64,000 nucleotides of DNA, from the NCBI RefSeq assembly GCF_009914755.1, contig NC_060943.1. One strand, 5' to 3'. The translations under genes were made by a program, and so were the position numbers. The notes beneath the pieces were generated by a model. It had not been told where the DNA came from and did not search any database. It saw only the letters and a list, made by a program, of their open reading frames with translations. Shown one piece after another: positions 1-26,509 of the stretch (its first letter is position 1; each line of letters opens with the position of its first letter). The DNA comes from the human T2T-CHM13v2.0 reference genome, Homo sapiens.

Positions 1-286
1 TCTGTGGGGATCATTCTCTTCGTTATTTTCCTCAAGACCAGGGGCTAGAGCTCAGGTCTGTCCTTTCTGACAGGCAGCTTAACACCATAAAAAGCAGAGA
101 CTTTCTGCTGCTGGCTGCAGGGCCCTGGAAAAGGACCCTGTTTAGCTGGCATAAGTTATGTGCTCATCTCTGATGGATTCAGGCAGGGGTAGAAACACGG
201 GTGGGAGAGGATGGTTTTAGACAAAGAACAACAGCCGTCCATCTGGTCACCAAAATAACCTACTAGAAAAAGGCAGTCTCAGTTTG

Positions 287-601
287 CAGGTGCAGTGCTG
301 CATGCCTGTAATCCCAGCACTTTGGGAAGCCAAGGCAGGCAGATCACTTGCACCCAAGGATTCGAGACTAGCCTGAGCAACATGATGAAACCTCGTCTGT
401 ACAAAAAATAACAAAGCTTGTCTCTACAAGGAAAAAATTAGCTGGGCATGGTGGTGCACACCTGTAGTCCTGGCTACTCAGAAGGGTGAGTTGAAAAGAT
501 CGCTTGAGCCTGGGAGGCAGAGGCTGTAGTGAGACAAGATCGTGTCACTGCACTCCAACCTGGGTGTGACAGAGTGAGACCCTGTCTCAAAAAAAAAAAA
601 A
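287..601 (+). mobile_element. Alu (old, AluJ-like)
   Basis: tgtaatcccagcactttggga ... A tail. Confidence 0.9.
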
Positions 602-820
602 GAAGGAGGAGTCAGAGGGAGTCAGTGGTTACTATTGGGCTAGAGTCATCTGAGGAATCACAGGGTAAGTGATAATGGGGCAGTGGCTACTGAGACTCGC
701 CTTCCCATTGGTTGAGGTTTTGTTCTGAAACAGAGGATTTGGGGTGGGAATTCTCTTCTGTGTAGATGAGTAACTGGCTTAGAAAACCCTGATTGGAGTG
801 TTTCTCAGAACCCCCGTAGA

Positions 821-1180
<360 letters not shown>

Positions 1181-1300
1181 TCAGTGAAATCTTAAGAGTT
1201 GACAGTTCTTAGAAAAGGGCCATGTGGACAGGGCTGTTCCCTGGAAAGTCCTGTGACCCCTCAGTGACCACTTATTTCTTTTGTTGTCAGCCTTTCCCTA

Positions 1301-1959
1301 TTTTCTTTTCTTTTCTTTTCTTTTTTTTAAGACAAGGTGTTGCTGTGTCACCCAAGCTGGAGTACAGTGGTGGTAATCACGGCAGCCTCTAACTCCTGGA
1401 CTCAAGTGATCCTCCTGCCTTGGCCTCCCGAGTAGCTGGGACTCTGCAGATATGCACCACCACATGCCCCGCTAATTTATTTTTAGTATTTTAGAAGCAG
1501 TGTTTTGCTGTCTTGCCCAGGCTCGGCTTGAACTCCTGGCGTCAAGCTATCCCACCTCCCAAAGTGCTGGGATTATAGGCAGGAGTGCCCAGCCCCAGAG
1601 TTCTTACAATGACTTACAAGGTCTTACGTGATCTTGTTGCCTCCCTTTTGCTCTCTGATCTCATCTTTTTTTTTTTTTTTTGAGATGGAGTCTCACTCTG
1701 CCACCCAGGCTGGAGTACAGTGGCTCACTGCAGTCTTCACCTCCCAGGTTCAAGTGATTATCCTGCCTCAGCCTCCCGAGTTAGCTGGGAATACAGGCAC
1801 GTGTCACCAGGCCCGGCTAATTTTTGCATTTTTTTTTTCAGTAGAGATGAGGTTTCACCAGGTTGGCCAGTCTGGTCTGGAACTCCTGGCCTCACATGAT
1901 CCGCCTGCCTCGGCCTCCCAAAGTGATGAGATTACAGGCGTGAGCCACCGCGCCCGGCC
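1301..1959 (-). mobile_element. Two antisense Alus (~1301-1595, ~1666-1959)
   Basis: Poly-T heads followed by Alu reverse complement. Confidence 0.9.
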
Positions 1960-2039
1960 TAGTCACTTTTTTCTTAATTGCAACCCCGATTCTCAGCACC
2001 CTTTTCATCTTGGTTTTCCTCAATAGCCCTTACCACCAG

Positions 2040-2160
2040 CAGACACACATCATCTGTTGTACTTGCTTATTTGGCACATATGTATCCACAGCGCCTAGAA
2101 CACTGCCTGTAACGTGGAAGGTGTTCGATCTATAGAGTTTTGTCGAATGAATGAATGAAG
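2040..2160 (+). mobile_element. L2 3' end fragment
   Basis: gcgcctagaacactgcctg...tgtcgaatgaatgaatgaa is the typical L2 terminus. Confidence 0.65.
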
Positions 2161-2191
2161 CCGACTAGTGCACAGGGAGTGCAGCGGCGCG

Positions 2192-2301
2192 ATGGTAGCT
2201 CTCTGCAGCCTCCAACACCTGGGCTCCAGTGATCCCCGGGCTCTGCCCACCCTCCCCACTGCCACTTCCGGGCAGAGGCCAGCAAAGCGGCGGCGCAAGA
2301 G
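2192..2301 (+). CDS. GPI: GPI alternative upstream coding exon (39-aa N-terminal extension when spliced to 2542)
   Basis: ATG in strong Kozak context (gcgATGG). Reads MVALCSLQHLGSSDPRALPTLPTATSGQRPAKRRRK. Donor AAGAG|gtaggg at 2302; acceptor ttctag|tcccgccATG at 2542 keeps frame (..K-S-P-A-MAALT). Matches my recollection of the long GPI isoform. Confidence 0.8.
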
Positions 2302-2329
2302 GTAGGGAGAGAGGAGCTGAGGCCCCAGA

Positions 2330-3747
<1,418 letters not shown>

Positions 3748-4064
3748 TAACCGACAGAGTGGTGGGTGAGCTGGGCTCCTGGGAGTCCCCAGGACCTTGA
3801 GTATCTTGAGTTCTTCCTCTCATTAGACCTCAGTCACCTCCTCTGTGCTGGTGAGGCACCTGTCCCTGGCTTAGGTTCTAAGCAGCATCCCAGGGACCCC
3901 AGTGTCTGATGTCTGAGTAGACCCTTCCCAGACAGCAGGGGAGGGAACCAGACAGCAGCCGTCTGTCTGTCTCATTGGGGACAGCACCAAGCCTTGTGTT
4001 TGGGGGCTGACACTTGGGGTGGCCAGTGTGGGTGGGACCAGGCCTCAGTATCGTCTCTTCCTAG

Positions 4065-4448
<384 letters not shown>

Positions 4449-4599
4449 TAGTAGCGACAAGAAGAATCTTAGATCACCAAAGACTTCAGCCTACTCAAGC
4501 AGTAGGAGTCAATAGGAAGCAGTGGTGAGGCCAGGCCTGGGGGCCCCTGTTCCTGACTCAGTATGGGAGCCCAGCCTGGAGGTATAATGGACACTGAGC

Positions 4600-4750
4600 A
4601 CCCAGACTCTGTCCTCATGATGTCATTATCCTCCTCTTACATGTGAGGAGTCTGAGGTTCAGAGGTCACATCACTTATCTAAGATGTCATAGCTGTAAGA
4701 GGCAGAATGGAGATTCACACTCAACCTGTCTTGCATTGTGGGTCTAAGCT
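4600..4750 (-). mobile_element. MIR fragment
   Basis: attatcctcctcttacatgtgaggagtctgaggttcagagg...gtcatagctgtaagaggcaga is the MIR core reverse complement. Confidence 0.7.
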
Positions 4751-5200
4751 GAGAGAGGATGCAATCAAGGAAGGCTTTCTGGAGGAGTGCATTTGCCAAT
4801 AAAATGTGGCGCAGGAGTGGGGTCTGGCAGGGTGAGGGTGGGGTGGCATGAAGCCCTCCACCTTAGCAAGCCTCTCACTGGGTCGGAATCCCAAGATGAT
4901 CCTTTTCCTGCCCACCTGGGGTCGTTAGACCTTCCCTCAAGGACTCCTCTGCTGACTTCAGGCCATTTCACTCACGTGGCTGGGCCAGCCGCCTGGCACC
5001 CGTCACAGACTTCAAGTCTGGTTTGGTTCCTGGCAGTTGGTAGTTATCGGGCTGCTTGGTGAGGGAAGCTTGAGTTGCATGCCTTGCTGCAAATCCAAGG
5101 AGCTGAGGACACTGCCTAAAACGTGCCAGCAAACACCATGGACACACATTGGGAGGATGAGGTTACTTCAGGCTTCATGAGCACTCATCTTCGGAAAGCG

Positions 5201-5502
5201 TTTATTTATTTATTTATTTTGAGATGGAGTCTTGCTCTGTCGCCCAGGCTGGAGTGCAGTGGTGCGATCTTGGCTCACTGCAACCTCTGTCTAATGGGTT
5301 CAGGCGATTCTCTGCCTCAGATTCCTGAGTAGCTGGAACTACAGGTGTGTGCCACCCCCACCTGGCTGATTTTTGTATTTTTAGTAGAGACAGGATGTCA
5401 CCATGTTGGCCAGGCTGGTCTCGAATTCATGACCTCAAGTTATCCACCTGCCATGGCCTCCCAGAGTTCCGGGATTACAGGCGTGAGCCATGGCGCCCGG
5501 CC
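5201..5502 (-). mobile_element. Alu
   Basis: Antisense Alu dimer; flanks gaaagcgtttatt / gaaagcatttatt. Confidence 0.9.
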
Positions 5503-5768
5503 TCTGAAAGCATTTATTGCTTGTTTCTGACATGTATTGTTGCCATTCTCTGCCTTTGCTCACTGTTCCTCTTTTCTCTCACTGTTCATGCCCTGAGCAT
5601 CTCTGGCAGGCCTTCGGGGCCTGTCCTAGGCATATATGGGTCCCCTCCTCTCCTCCTGACTGTCTGCAGCACATAAGTCCTTGGGGAGCTCCTACTCCTC
5701 TAAGCATACAGTGGGTTCTTGGAACAAGGTTATGGTGCTAACAGAGACCTCAGGGCCTGCCTGTCTAG

Positions 5769-6077
<309 letters not shown>

Positions 6078-6323
6078 TAGGCAGGACTCAGGTTCTCACT
6101 GCAGCTTAAGGGAGGGGTTGCCTGTGTGATCGCTGACCCTGGAGTCTCTGCTGAGGCCTGAATTTCTCCTGGCTCTGCTCTGAAGGAATCTGCTGCTGGC
6201 AGAAGTGGGGCCAGTTTCTTTCCTGAATTGTAGACACCTATGGACTCATGGTGACAAACCACAGAGGCTTCAAATGAAAAGTGGGGCCCCTGAGAGACAG
6301 GACAGTCAGGAAAGGAAGGAGCT

Positions 6324-15179
<8,856 letters not shown>

Positions 15180-15486
15180 TGAGTGCCGAAAACTGCCCGG
15201 CCCCTGGCCCTGTGTGTGTTGGGGTGGGGAGGGACAGCTGTCTTGCCATCCCCCTGGCCATTGGTCCCTTTTGGTGGGTTCCGAGTGAACCATGGTTTGT
15301 GGATCAGGTCAGTACAGCTGCCCTAGACTGTTTCCATGCCTAGCAGCAAATAAGGTTGACTGATGAAATCCTGAACACATCAGTTTGAACCTTTGTGTCC
15401 TGACCACACCCGCTCGCCTTGCGGCATCTCTGCTCAGCCTGGGACTGCTCGCCACTTTCTTACAAACCTGTCCTTTATGCCTGCTC

Positions 15487-15810
15487 CTTTTCTTGTTGTT
15501 GTTTTTGAGACAGAGTCTGGCTCTGTCACCCAGGCTGGAGTGTAGTGGCGTGATCTCGGCTCACTGCAATCTCCGTCTCCCAGGTTTCAAGCGATTCTCC
15601 TGCCTCAGCCTCCCAAGTAGCTGGGACTAGGCACACACCACCACGCCTGGCTAATTTTATTATTTATTTATTTATTATTATTATTTTTTAGTAGAGATGG
15701 GCTTTTGCCATGTTGGCCATGCTGGTCTTGAACTCCTGACCTCAGGTGATGCACCCCCCCTTGGCCTCCCAAAGTGCTGGGATTACAGTCTTGAGCCGCC
15801 ATGCCCAGCC
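15487..15810 (-). mobile_element. Alu
   Basis: Antisense Alu dimer in intron 6. Confidence 0.9.
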
Positions 15811-16228
15811 ATGCTTGCTCCTTTCTGATCCCAGAGCCATGCCCTGATAATAGAGGGGTTTTGTTTGTTTTTATTTATGTTCTATTTACTCACATGAATG
15901 TACATAAAATATGAAGAATTCCATCTGAATTCTGAGATACCTTCCAGCCTGGGCCGAAGAGAGCCTCAGGTTGACTGCAGCCCCTCAGGGGAGAAGCTGC
16001 GGCCTTTGACCTGCAGGCTTAGGGTTGGGGGGTGTGTTTACCGTCCCCCCTCCTCTGGTTTTAAAGAGCTGGAATCTCAGGAGGTTATGTGGCGTCACTG
16101 TCACTGACCTGCAAATACTGCTCCATGGGACAGCTGGGCATTGCCTTGGCCTCTACTGCTGAACCCTGGCTCAAGGCCTGCACCCACCCCTAAGCTCGGG
16201 CGCCCACTGCTGTTCTCTTTGGTTGCAG

Positions 16229-16300
16229 ACCTTTACTACCCAGGAGACCATCACGAATGCAGAGACGGCGAAGGAGTGGTTTCTCCAGGCGGCCAAGGAT
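16229..16300 (+). CDS. GPI: GPI exon 7
   Basis: tgcag| [24 protein letters not shown] |gtgagt; 72 nt. Confidence 0.98.
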
Positions 16301-16812
16301 GTGAGTGGGCTATAGGGCCTTCCTCGTGGTTAGCCTCTGGGCTGGGAAGAGCAGGGTGGGCCCCTGAGTGACCAAGTCTGGCCGTGTTTCTCCTGAAGTT
16401 GGAAGTGAAGGCGGCCTTGCCGGTGCCTGCCTTTGCTAGATGAGATGATTGTTCATCTTGGCTTTGTCAGACCCAGCCTTGCAGATGTGACAGAACCTGC
16501 TCTCGCTGGCTGACAGCCCTTGCATGGCCCTTTCTCTGCAGGCCCTTGGCGCTGCAGGAACTCTTGGCCACACCTATTTTATAGGGGAGGGACGTCCCTG
16601 AGCCCCGTATGCTTGTAAGATGGGATGAGCAGGCGGCCTGTGACCTGTCTGCTTTCTTGACCTTGACCTCGATGTGGGCCTTCTCCAACAGTCTCAGAAC
16701 CAAGGACTGGGAATCTCAGTCCCATGCAGGGCCTTGGTTCCTCTAGTGATGGGAAGTGACTACCCTTTGTCTCCCTGGGCTGGCTGTGGTAACTTGGCTC
16801 TGTCTCTTGTAG

Positions 16813-16857
16813 CCTTCTGCAGTGGCGAAGCACTTTGTTGCCCTGTCTACTAACACA
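16813..16857 (+). CDS. GPI: GPI exon 8
   Basis: tgtag| PSAVAKHFVALSTNT |gtaagt; 45 nt. Confidence 0.98.
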
Positions 16858-17242
16858 GTAAGTGCCCCCGTGGTCCCCTGTACTGCCTTCCTGGGAGTGC
16901 CCAGCATGTCCAGGTCATGGCCTCTCAGAGACGCGGTTCGTAGGTCTGGTGGATCTTGGCTTGGCTGATGGTATGGAAGGTTTGGTTGCCTGTGGGCTGC
17001 AAGCCTTCCTTGCCTTTTCCGCATTTACCCATTCAACCTCTGCAGCTTTGAGGAGGGAGGCTTGGAGTCAGTGGGATCACGATAACCCCTTCTTCCGTCT
17101 CCCAGGCCTGACTGATACACAGAACCCTTCATACACATGACCTTCCTAGGCCTTTGTGCCCAGCATCTCCCCAAATGTGACATGCTAGGTAGGGGTAGAG
17201 GATGCATTCCATTTTTCACTTAAGGACATAAAGCCCCAATGA

Positions 17243-17876
<634 letters not shown>

Positions 17877-18759
17877 ACTTAGTGACTGTATGAGTAGGTG
17901 ATGCCAGGATTAGAACCTGGGTCTCCTGTCTCCAAGTTCTCACAGTCTGCCTGGCCTCGAGGTTGTGCAGGCTCAGCAGGGCATGACAGAGTGAGGGATG
18001 CTCCAGGAGTGACAGCAGCAGTCAGCCAGTGGGCACTGTGCTGTGTCAGAGCTGGGGACTACACCCACATCTCCCTCCCACCCCCTCCACCATCATCCCC
18101 ACATCTCTGCCTCCAGTGCCTACCCAGCTGCAGCAGGACGCCATAAGGCTGGCTAACCATAGCACTGTTGCCTGCCTGCAACTGACTGGTCAGTAGGGCT
18201 TCTCCTCCTATGTGGAATAGGTAAGGAGTTGCTGGCCCTGTCTGCCCTGGGGACCAGAATACCTGATGGCTCCTCAGAGCTTCCTGGTGCAGTCACCCTC
18301 CCACACATGGGAAGGGCTGGGTGGCTGTTCAGCCTGTGTTTGTTTGCCTGGCCTGGTAGGTGGCCCCTGCCCACACTTGGGTCCCAGTCCTAGGTTCGGT
18401 TCCCAGATGTCCAGGGGTATCATGCTCTGGTGTCCCAGGCAGGCCTGGGTGAGAGCTGTTGCAGAGCAGTGTGTGGGCCAGGTCCTCACACGGGGTTACA
18501 GCTGCCCTCAGCAGGGGGCTTTGCAGGCACAACGTCACTGGCGTGCTGGTCATGGACTGATCTGGTGTCCAGCTTGGGGTGGGCAGATCCTGGGCCCTGC
18601 CCTCGACTCACAGGCTGCTCCAGCCCTGCCCCATCCCTGGCTCTGGGGAAGGTGAGGCTCAGCTCACGGAGCACAGCTCCCTGCCTCCCGGAGCTCCTGT
18701 TCCCATCCCGCTAGCAAATGCTTCTTTGCATTTCTCTCCCTTTGTTTTTTTTTTTGTAG

Positions 18760-18813
18760 ACCAAAGTGAAAGAGTTTGGAATTGACCCTCAAAACATGTT
18801 CGAGTTCTGGGAT
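18760..18813 (+). CDS. GPI: GPI exon 9
   Basis: poly-T tract tgtag| TKVKEFGIDPQNMFEFWD |gtaagt; 54 nt. Confidence 0.98.
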
Positions 18814-21800
18814 GTAAGTACAAGCACTTCTGCACTGGGTGAATTAAGTGTCCTTTGCCAAGTCATGGCTGTTGAGAGGCCCATGAGGTCAGGTCAGTGT
18901 TTATTGAGTACCTGCTGCATACCTAGCTTGGGGAAAGGTAGAGAGGCCCTCAGAGAGGCTTGGAGGGCAAGAGCAACCCAGGCAGGATGAGGGCTCCACT
19001 TCCACCTGAGGGCGGGCTGAGCTTGCAGGGCCACATGACACTCCCTTGGGTGCCTGCCTGCAACACCCACTGTGGGGTAACCCGAGTCCCCCTTGCCACG
19101 CTCACAGAGTTGAGGTTGTGAGTTATTCTCAGTGATGACCTTTCTCTGAACTGCAGCCACCATCTGTAAAGGCCAAGGGCAGGGTGAGGCATGAGGTATG
19201 ACCGGGTAGGCCTGGAAAGGAGCAACAGGAGCTGCAGGAGGAGCTGGGGGGGTGGCGTAGAGGAGGCGCCAGGCTGGGGCAGCTTGCAGAGCAAACCCTG
19301 CCTTGAGTGACAGGGCTGCCGACCCCTCTGTAGCAACAGGTGGTCCATGGGACCACCTCTGCTGGAGCCGAGCAGTGAGCCACAGCTTTCCTTGTGCACT
19401 TGCCTGAGCTCAGCAGTGGTGTGAGGAGGGCTCTGACTGTGAAGCCCAGGGTGCAGGGGTGCAGTGCAGGGTGTGATGCAGGCACTGTGAATGCTGTGGG
19501 CATGGCCGGGCTTACGTGCAGGGCTCTAACGCTGTGGCAGGCGCAGCAGAGAGGGCATTGCCCATTTGGTGGTTTTCCCACCTGGGGCTGTCTCCAGGCA
19601 TTTGGACCAGAGGCCCTTTGCTTGGTGATGGCATCCACAGACATAACCTCATTCCTTTGAAAGCTCTAAAGGCCTTTTACTACCAGGGTCTGGGAGAGAA
19701 TGAAGCCCTAATCCCTTAAGCCATCCACTGTGTATAATGAGTTAACTTCTTTCTAGAATGAGACTAGTTACATACCATCCTTGGAAGAATTGACGAGAAT
19801 CACTCAAGTCATTTTCTGCATCCTGTGGCTCAGATGCGGAACACTGGTCAAGAGAGACTGTGCGGCTTCTAATAAATGTTGCATGCCTGATAATGGAGGG
19901 CAGGCACCTTCCACCTCCTCCTTGGGATCTGGAGCCTGAGCAGGTGGTGGGCAGGGATGTGTGGGTGCTGCTGCCAGCCAAGGAGCCAAGCAGATCGGGG
20001 TGTCCTTGCTTGTCACCACCCAGCATGTAGAGATGAGTTAGGGTGTGGCTTAAGGAGAGGATGGGTCTGGCCTCCCAGGTAAGGCCTAGGAATGATAGCT
20101 GGACACAGGAACATGGGGCCAGGGCTGGCTGGTGAGACCTAAGTGGAGGCCTCCTGGGCCAGGCTAGACAGCCCACAACGGCTGGAGGAGGGACCTGCCT
20201 GAGTTACTAGAGTGTATCCTGCTGAATCAAGAAGGTGATATCTGAAGAACCCAGGGATAGGAGCAGGCGAAGTTCCTGCAGGTGGGGTCTCGGGTGAGCT
20301 ACAGCCATCAGCTCAGGCCTAGGGATGCAGTGCCGGCCCTCAGGTGAGATCAGAAGAGTCCCGTCTGGTAGGGGTATGTAGAAGAGGTAATTCTTGGTCC
20401 GCCAGGGCCAGTTTTGCGGCAGCCATGGGTGTCGGGATCAGGCAGGGGTGTGGTGGGAAACCATGGGGTCTCTCAGGGCTCGGCCAGGGTCAGCGCACGC
20501 CACAGGGCCAGTTTTGGCTGGAGAGGCCTGAAGCAGAGCCAGAGCAGGTCCAGGTGAGTTCTGAAGAGGAGCCAGGACAGGAGAGGGACCCATAGGTCTG
20601 TGAATTCCAGAGGAGAGGCAGGTATTTAGAGGTGGTTCTGTCAGGTGAAGTCTGAGGAGCCAAAGCTATGTATGTGCATATGTCAGCCGGGCTCTGTGGG
20701 AGGTGGTGTAGACCTATGGCATGGGACAGGTGTGCACGCTGGGATCTCTGGCCGGTTCCGAAAAGTGAGGATCAGGTAGTGGGTGGCTGATTGCACAAGT
20801 TTAGAACCCAGGATTAGGGACACACAGGTCAGCACCTGCTTCTCAGCATCCTGACTGGGTGTGATGGGCAGAGCTCAGGGCGTCAGAGGCCTCTGAGAAT
20901 TTGTGACTGAAGTCCAAGTCTGTGGCATCAGGGTCTGCAGAGCCCAGATGCGGGAGAGGTAGGAATGTACCTGGTGATATGAGGCAAGGACAGGGGAGCT
21001 GGGGCAGGTGAGGCAGGCAGGTGGCATGAGGAGCTGTGCTGGGTGGGTGCGGTCTGAGTGGCTCAGGTTGGGTAAAGGGCCAGAGACCTGGGTCTACAGG
21101 GCAGACATCAAGGCTGAGCCAGTCAGACAGTGTTTGTCAACACTGGGCTCTCACCAGGCTCCCTCAGGCCGAGGTGAGCAGCCAGGGATCTGTCATGTGT
21201 GAGGAAAGTGTCTGTTCAGGTTAGGTGTGTATAATGCAGCCTTTCAGAGCCGCGTCTGTCTGAGGTCCTAGGAGCTGGAATCAGACAGGTTTGTATGGCT
21301 GGGTTTCTAGGGGAGGCCTGAGGAGCCAAGACTGTACTCAGGTAGGCAGAACTGGACCAGTCTGGTAAGGACGTTGGAGCTAAAGATAGGCAGACAGGTC
21401 GAGCTGGGTCTGACAAGTGAGGGCTGAAAATCTGTGATTGGGTCCAGGTTGGAGCTGTGTCCTTGGGCGATGTCTGAGCAGCTCTGGTGGGTGAGCCTGG
21501 GTCCCCTGGGAAGAGACCAGACAAAGGGATGGGGTCAGACAAAGGGATGACGAACCGCATCCATCAGAAAGGTGGATGAAGCCTGGGTCTGGTCGAGGTA
21601 CGTAGAGCAGATCTAGCAGGCGAGGTTTCAGGGGTTAAGGTGAGACACAGGTATGTATTTTTGGGTCTCACAGGTTAAGGTCTGAGCCACTGAGGTCAGG
21701 CTCTGGTTTGTATCCCAAGACCGAGAAGCTGTGTTAAGCATGGTGGGTAGAGTTTGTCAGGTGACATCTATGAAACCAGGAGCATGCAAAGATAGGTTGA

Positions 21801-22054
21801 CCGGAACAGCCATGGTCAAACCAATTAAACTGTCCTGCAGTTGAGGTCAGGCACAGGTAGAACGGATCTATCAGGTGAGGCCCAAGGAGTCCGGATTAGG
21901 CTCATCTAGAAAGACCTGGATGTGGTAGATGACCTCTGAGGATATGAAGTGAAGGCAGGTGGATAGAGCCAGGTCTCTCAGGAGGTCTGAGGAGCTGGGA
22001 TCTGGCACAGTGAGCAGGTCTGGATTTCCCAGGTGGTGTCAAGACAGATGGGTA

Positions 22055-22828
<774 letters not shown>

Positions 22829-23089
22829 TTAAACACAGGTGTGTAGAACAGGGTTTGGCAGGTAAGGTCTTTGGAGCCAGGATCAGGGCAGCTTCACAAA
22901 GCTGAGTGTGTTCATGAGACCCAAAAAGTCATAGTCAAGCCCAGGTAAGAAGAACCAAGTGTGTTGGATGAGGTGTAAGCAGCTGAGGTGTGAAGTAGAG
23001 GTAGGCAGAGCTGGCCCACAAGGTACAAGCTCAGGAACCCTCATCACATGCAGGTAGGGGGTGCTGGTCCACCAGGCACAAGCCCAGGA

Positions 23090-23810
23090 GCCAGCATTGA
23101 GCACAGGTAGGCAGACTTGGCCCACCAAGTATGATCTGAAGAGCCAACATCAGGCTCAGGTAGGTAGATCTGGCATGCCAGGTGTACTCCAAAGAGCCAG
23201 AGTCAAACACAGGTAGGTAGAGATAGTCTTTCAGGTGTGGTTTAAGGAGCCAAGGTCAACTACAGGTAGGTAGAGCTGGCCCACTGGGTGTGGTTTGAGG
23301 AGCCAGGGTAAGCACAGGTAGGCAAAGCTGGCCCACCAGGTATGGTCTGAGGAGCCAGGGTCAGACTCAGGTAGGTAGAGCTGCCTGCCAGGTATGGTCT
23401 GAAGAGCCAGGATCAAGTACAGGTAGGTAGTCTGGGTCACTAGGTGTGGTCTGAGAACCCAGCGAAAAGCTCAGGTAGGTAGAGATAGCCTTTCAGGTGT
23501 GGTCTGAGAACCCAGGGTCAAGCACAGGTATGTAGAGATAGCCTTTCAGGTGTGGTCTGAGAACCCAGGTTCAAGCACAGGTAGGTAGAGATAGCCTTTC
23601 ATGTGTGGTCTGAGAACCCAGGTTCAAGCACAGGTAGGTAGAGATAGCCTTTCAGGTGTGGTCTGAGAACCCAGGGTCAAGCACAGGTAGGCAGAGCTGG
23701 CCCACCATGTGTGGTCTGAGGAGCCAGGGTCAGGCAGGTAGACAAAACTGGTCTGCCAGGAGTAGTCTCTTGAAGGAGAGCTGAGGAGTTAGGTTGAATG
23801 CAGGTAGATA
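23090..23810 (+). repeat. Minisatellite, 52-53-bp unit, ~13 copies
   Basis: CAGGTAGGTAGAGATAGCCTTTCAGGTGTGGTCTGAGAACCCAGGGTCAAGCA starts at 23472, 23525, 23578, 23631, 23684. Confidence 0.93.
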
Positions 23811-24567
23811 GAGTTGGCTCTTTCAGGAGTTGGATTCAGGCACAGGAATGTGCCCCTGGGTGTTTGAGGTGAAGCCTGAAGAACCAGAGTTGAGCCTAGG
23901 TGTATAGAGCGGCCTCCCAGGTCAACCCCATAGCATGGGGGTCTCTACAGGCAGGCAGAACATTGTGGGTTTCCTAGGAGGTCTGTGGCCCCTAAGTTAG
24001 ACGTGGGTAGGTAGATGTATCTCTCTCAAGCAAGGACTTTGTAGCTAGAGAGACATACAGCTGGGGTCTTGCAGGTGAGGTCATTGGTGCGTGGTTCTGG
24101 CTTAGTTGTGCTGACTCAGTCTTAGGCCTGGGGACAGTGGGTTAGTCACAAGTTGGTAGAACTACGCATCTCAGCTGGGGAGCACAGGTAGGCAGAGATG
24201 TTCCATTTGATGAGGTCTGAGGCTCCTCAGTGAGCTCATTGGTGCTGACGTTAAGCAGAGATTGGCAGCATTGGATCTGTCTGTGAGACATGAAAAGCCA
24301 AGCCAGACACAGGATGTGGACTGCCGAGGCCAGGCTCACATAAATAAAGCTGGACCCTGGGAGGCTGTAAGGAATCTGAGTTGGGCTTAGGCAAGGGAAC
24401 CGGGTCTGTCAGTCAAGGTGTGAGGGGTCAGGTTATGTGAAGCCTGGTCTATCAGCTGAGATGTCTGGAACCCATCTTTGACAGGTATATAACTCTGTAG
24501 CCTGAGGCACTGGAGTTGGACACAAATAGGCAGAACTAGGTCTCCCAGGTGAAACCATTGCATCGAT

Positions 24568-25032
24568 GCTCAGTGCTGGTATGTTTATCTGGTGTTGTCA
24601 GTGAGTCTGCCGATGCAGGCTCAGTGCTGGTATGTTTACCTGATTATGTCAGTGAGTCTGTGGATCCAGGCTCAGTGCTGGTATATTTACTTGGTTGTGT
24701 CAGTGAGTCTACGGATCCAGGCTCAATGGTGGTATGTTTACCTGGTGTTGTCGTGAGTCTGTGGATCCAGGCTCAGTGCTGGCATGTTGACCTGGTGTTG
24801 TCAGTGAGTCTGTGGATCCAGGGTCAGTGCTGGTATGTTTAGCTGACATTGGCAGTGAGTCCATGGATCCAGGCTCAGTGCTGGTATGTTGACCTGGTGT
24901 TGTCAGTGAGTCTGTGGATCCAGGCTCAGTGCTGGTATGTTGACCTAGCATTGGCACTGAGTCTGTGGATTCAGGCTCAGTGCTGGTATGTTGACCTGAC
25001 ATTAGCAGTGAGTCTGTGGATCCAGGCTCAGT
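24568..25032 (+). repeat. Minisatellite, 51-bp unit, ~9 copies
   Basis: GCTCAGTGCTGGTATGTTGACCTGGTGTTGTCAGTGAGTCTGTGGATCCAG starts at 24568, 24619 ... 25026. Confidence 0.95.
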
Positions 25033-25489
25033 TCCACAGAGGTTGTATAAACATGGTCTCAGGTGGGTTCTTGACACCTGGGTTCAAGCACAAAAGTACT
25101 GCTGGGCTTGTTAGGTGAAGTGGGTGGGGTCTAGCACAGGAATGCATAATGGTGAGGCTGGCCAGGCCTGGGGAAGGTAGGTCAGACACAGGTGAGACCT
25201 TCGGTGGTAGGGTCAGACACAATTAGGTGAGTAGTGTGGGCTCTTATATCAAGGGAAAGCCGTAGTCATTGTAGGTGTTTGTACCTGGGTCTGCCTGGTG
25301 ATGTCTAGGGAACCCTAAAGATCAGCTGGGACAGGTATCTGTTCTCAGCACCCTGGTCAGGTATGATAGACAGAGCTCAGGGTAATACAGAGGGCTGAGG
25401 ATCTGTAACCAGTCCATGGTGTTGGTCTGCATCCAAGATGGCATTGTGCTCCAGTTGACACAGGGTCTGAGTTAAAAGTGAGGAAAGTT

Positions 25490-26405
<916 letters not shown>

Positions 26406-26509
26406 TAGAACTGCATCTGTTAGATGAGATGTGAGAGCCTATGTCAAGCATGATGTAGTCTGTAGGACTGCGTCTGTCAGGTAAGGTTCCCGGAAACCCA
26501 GAGCCTTTC

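Noticed and set aside
2111-2117. ACGTG possible hypoxia-response element upstream of GPI
   Set aside because: A 5-mer inside an L2 relic; cannot be supported from sequence alone.
20568-20582. GGAGCCAGGACAGG resembling an IgH switch-gamma phrase
   Set aside because: A single short match within G-rich degenerate repeat; no evidence of homology.
24549-25118. ORFs with 17-aa repeats (mucin-like TSTEPGSTDSL...)
   Set aside because: Artefact of a 51-bp unit being a multiple of three; no splice or initiation support.
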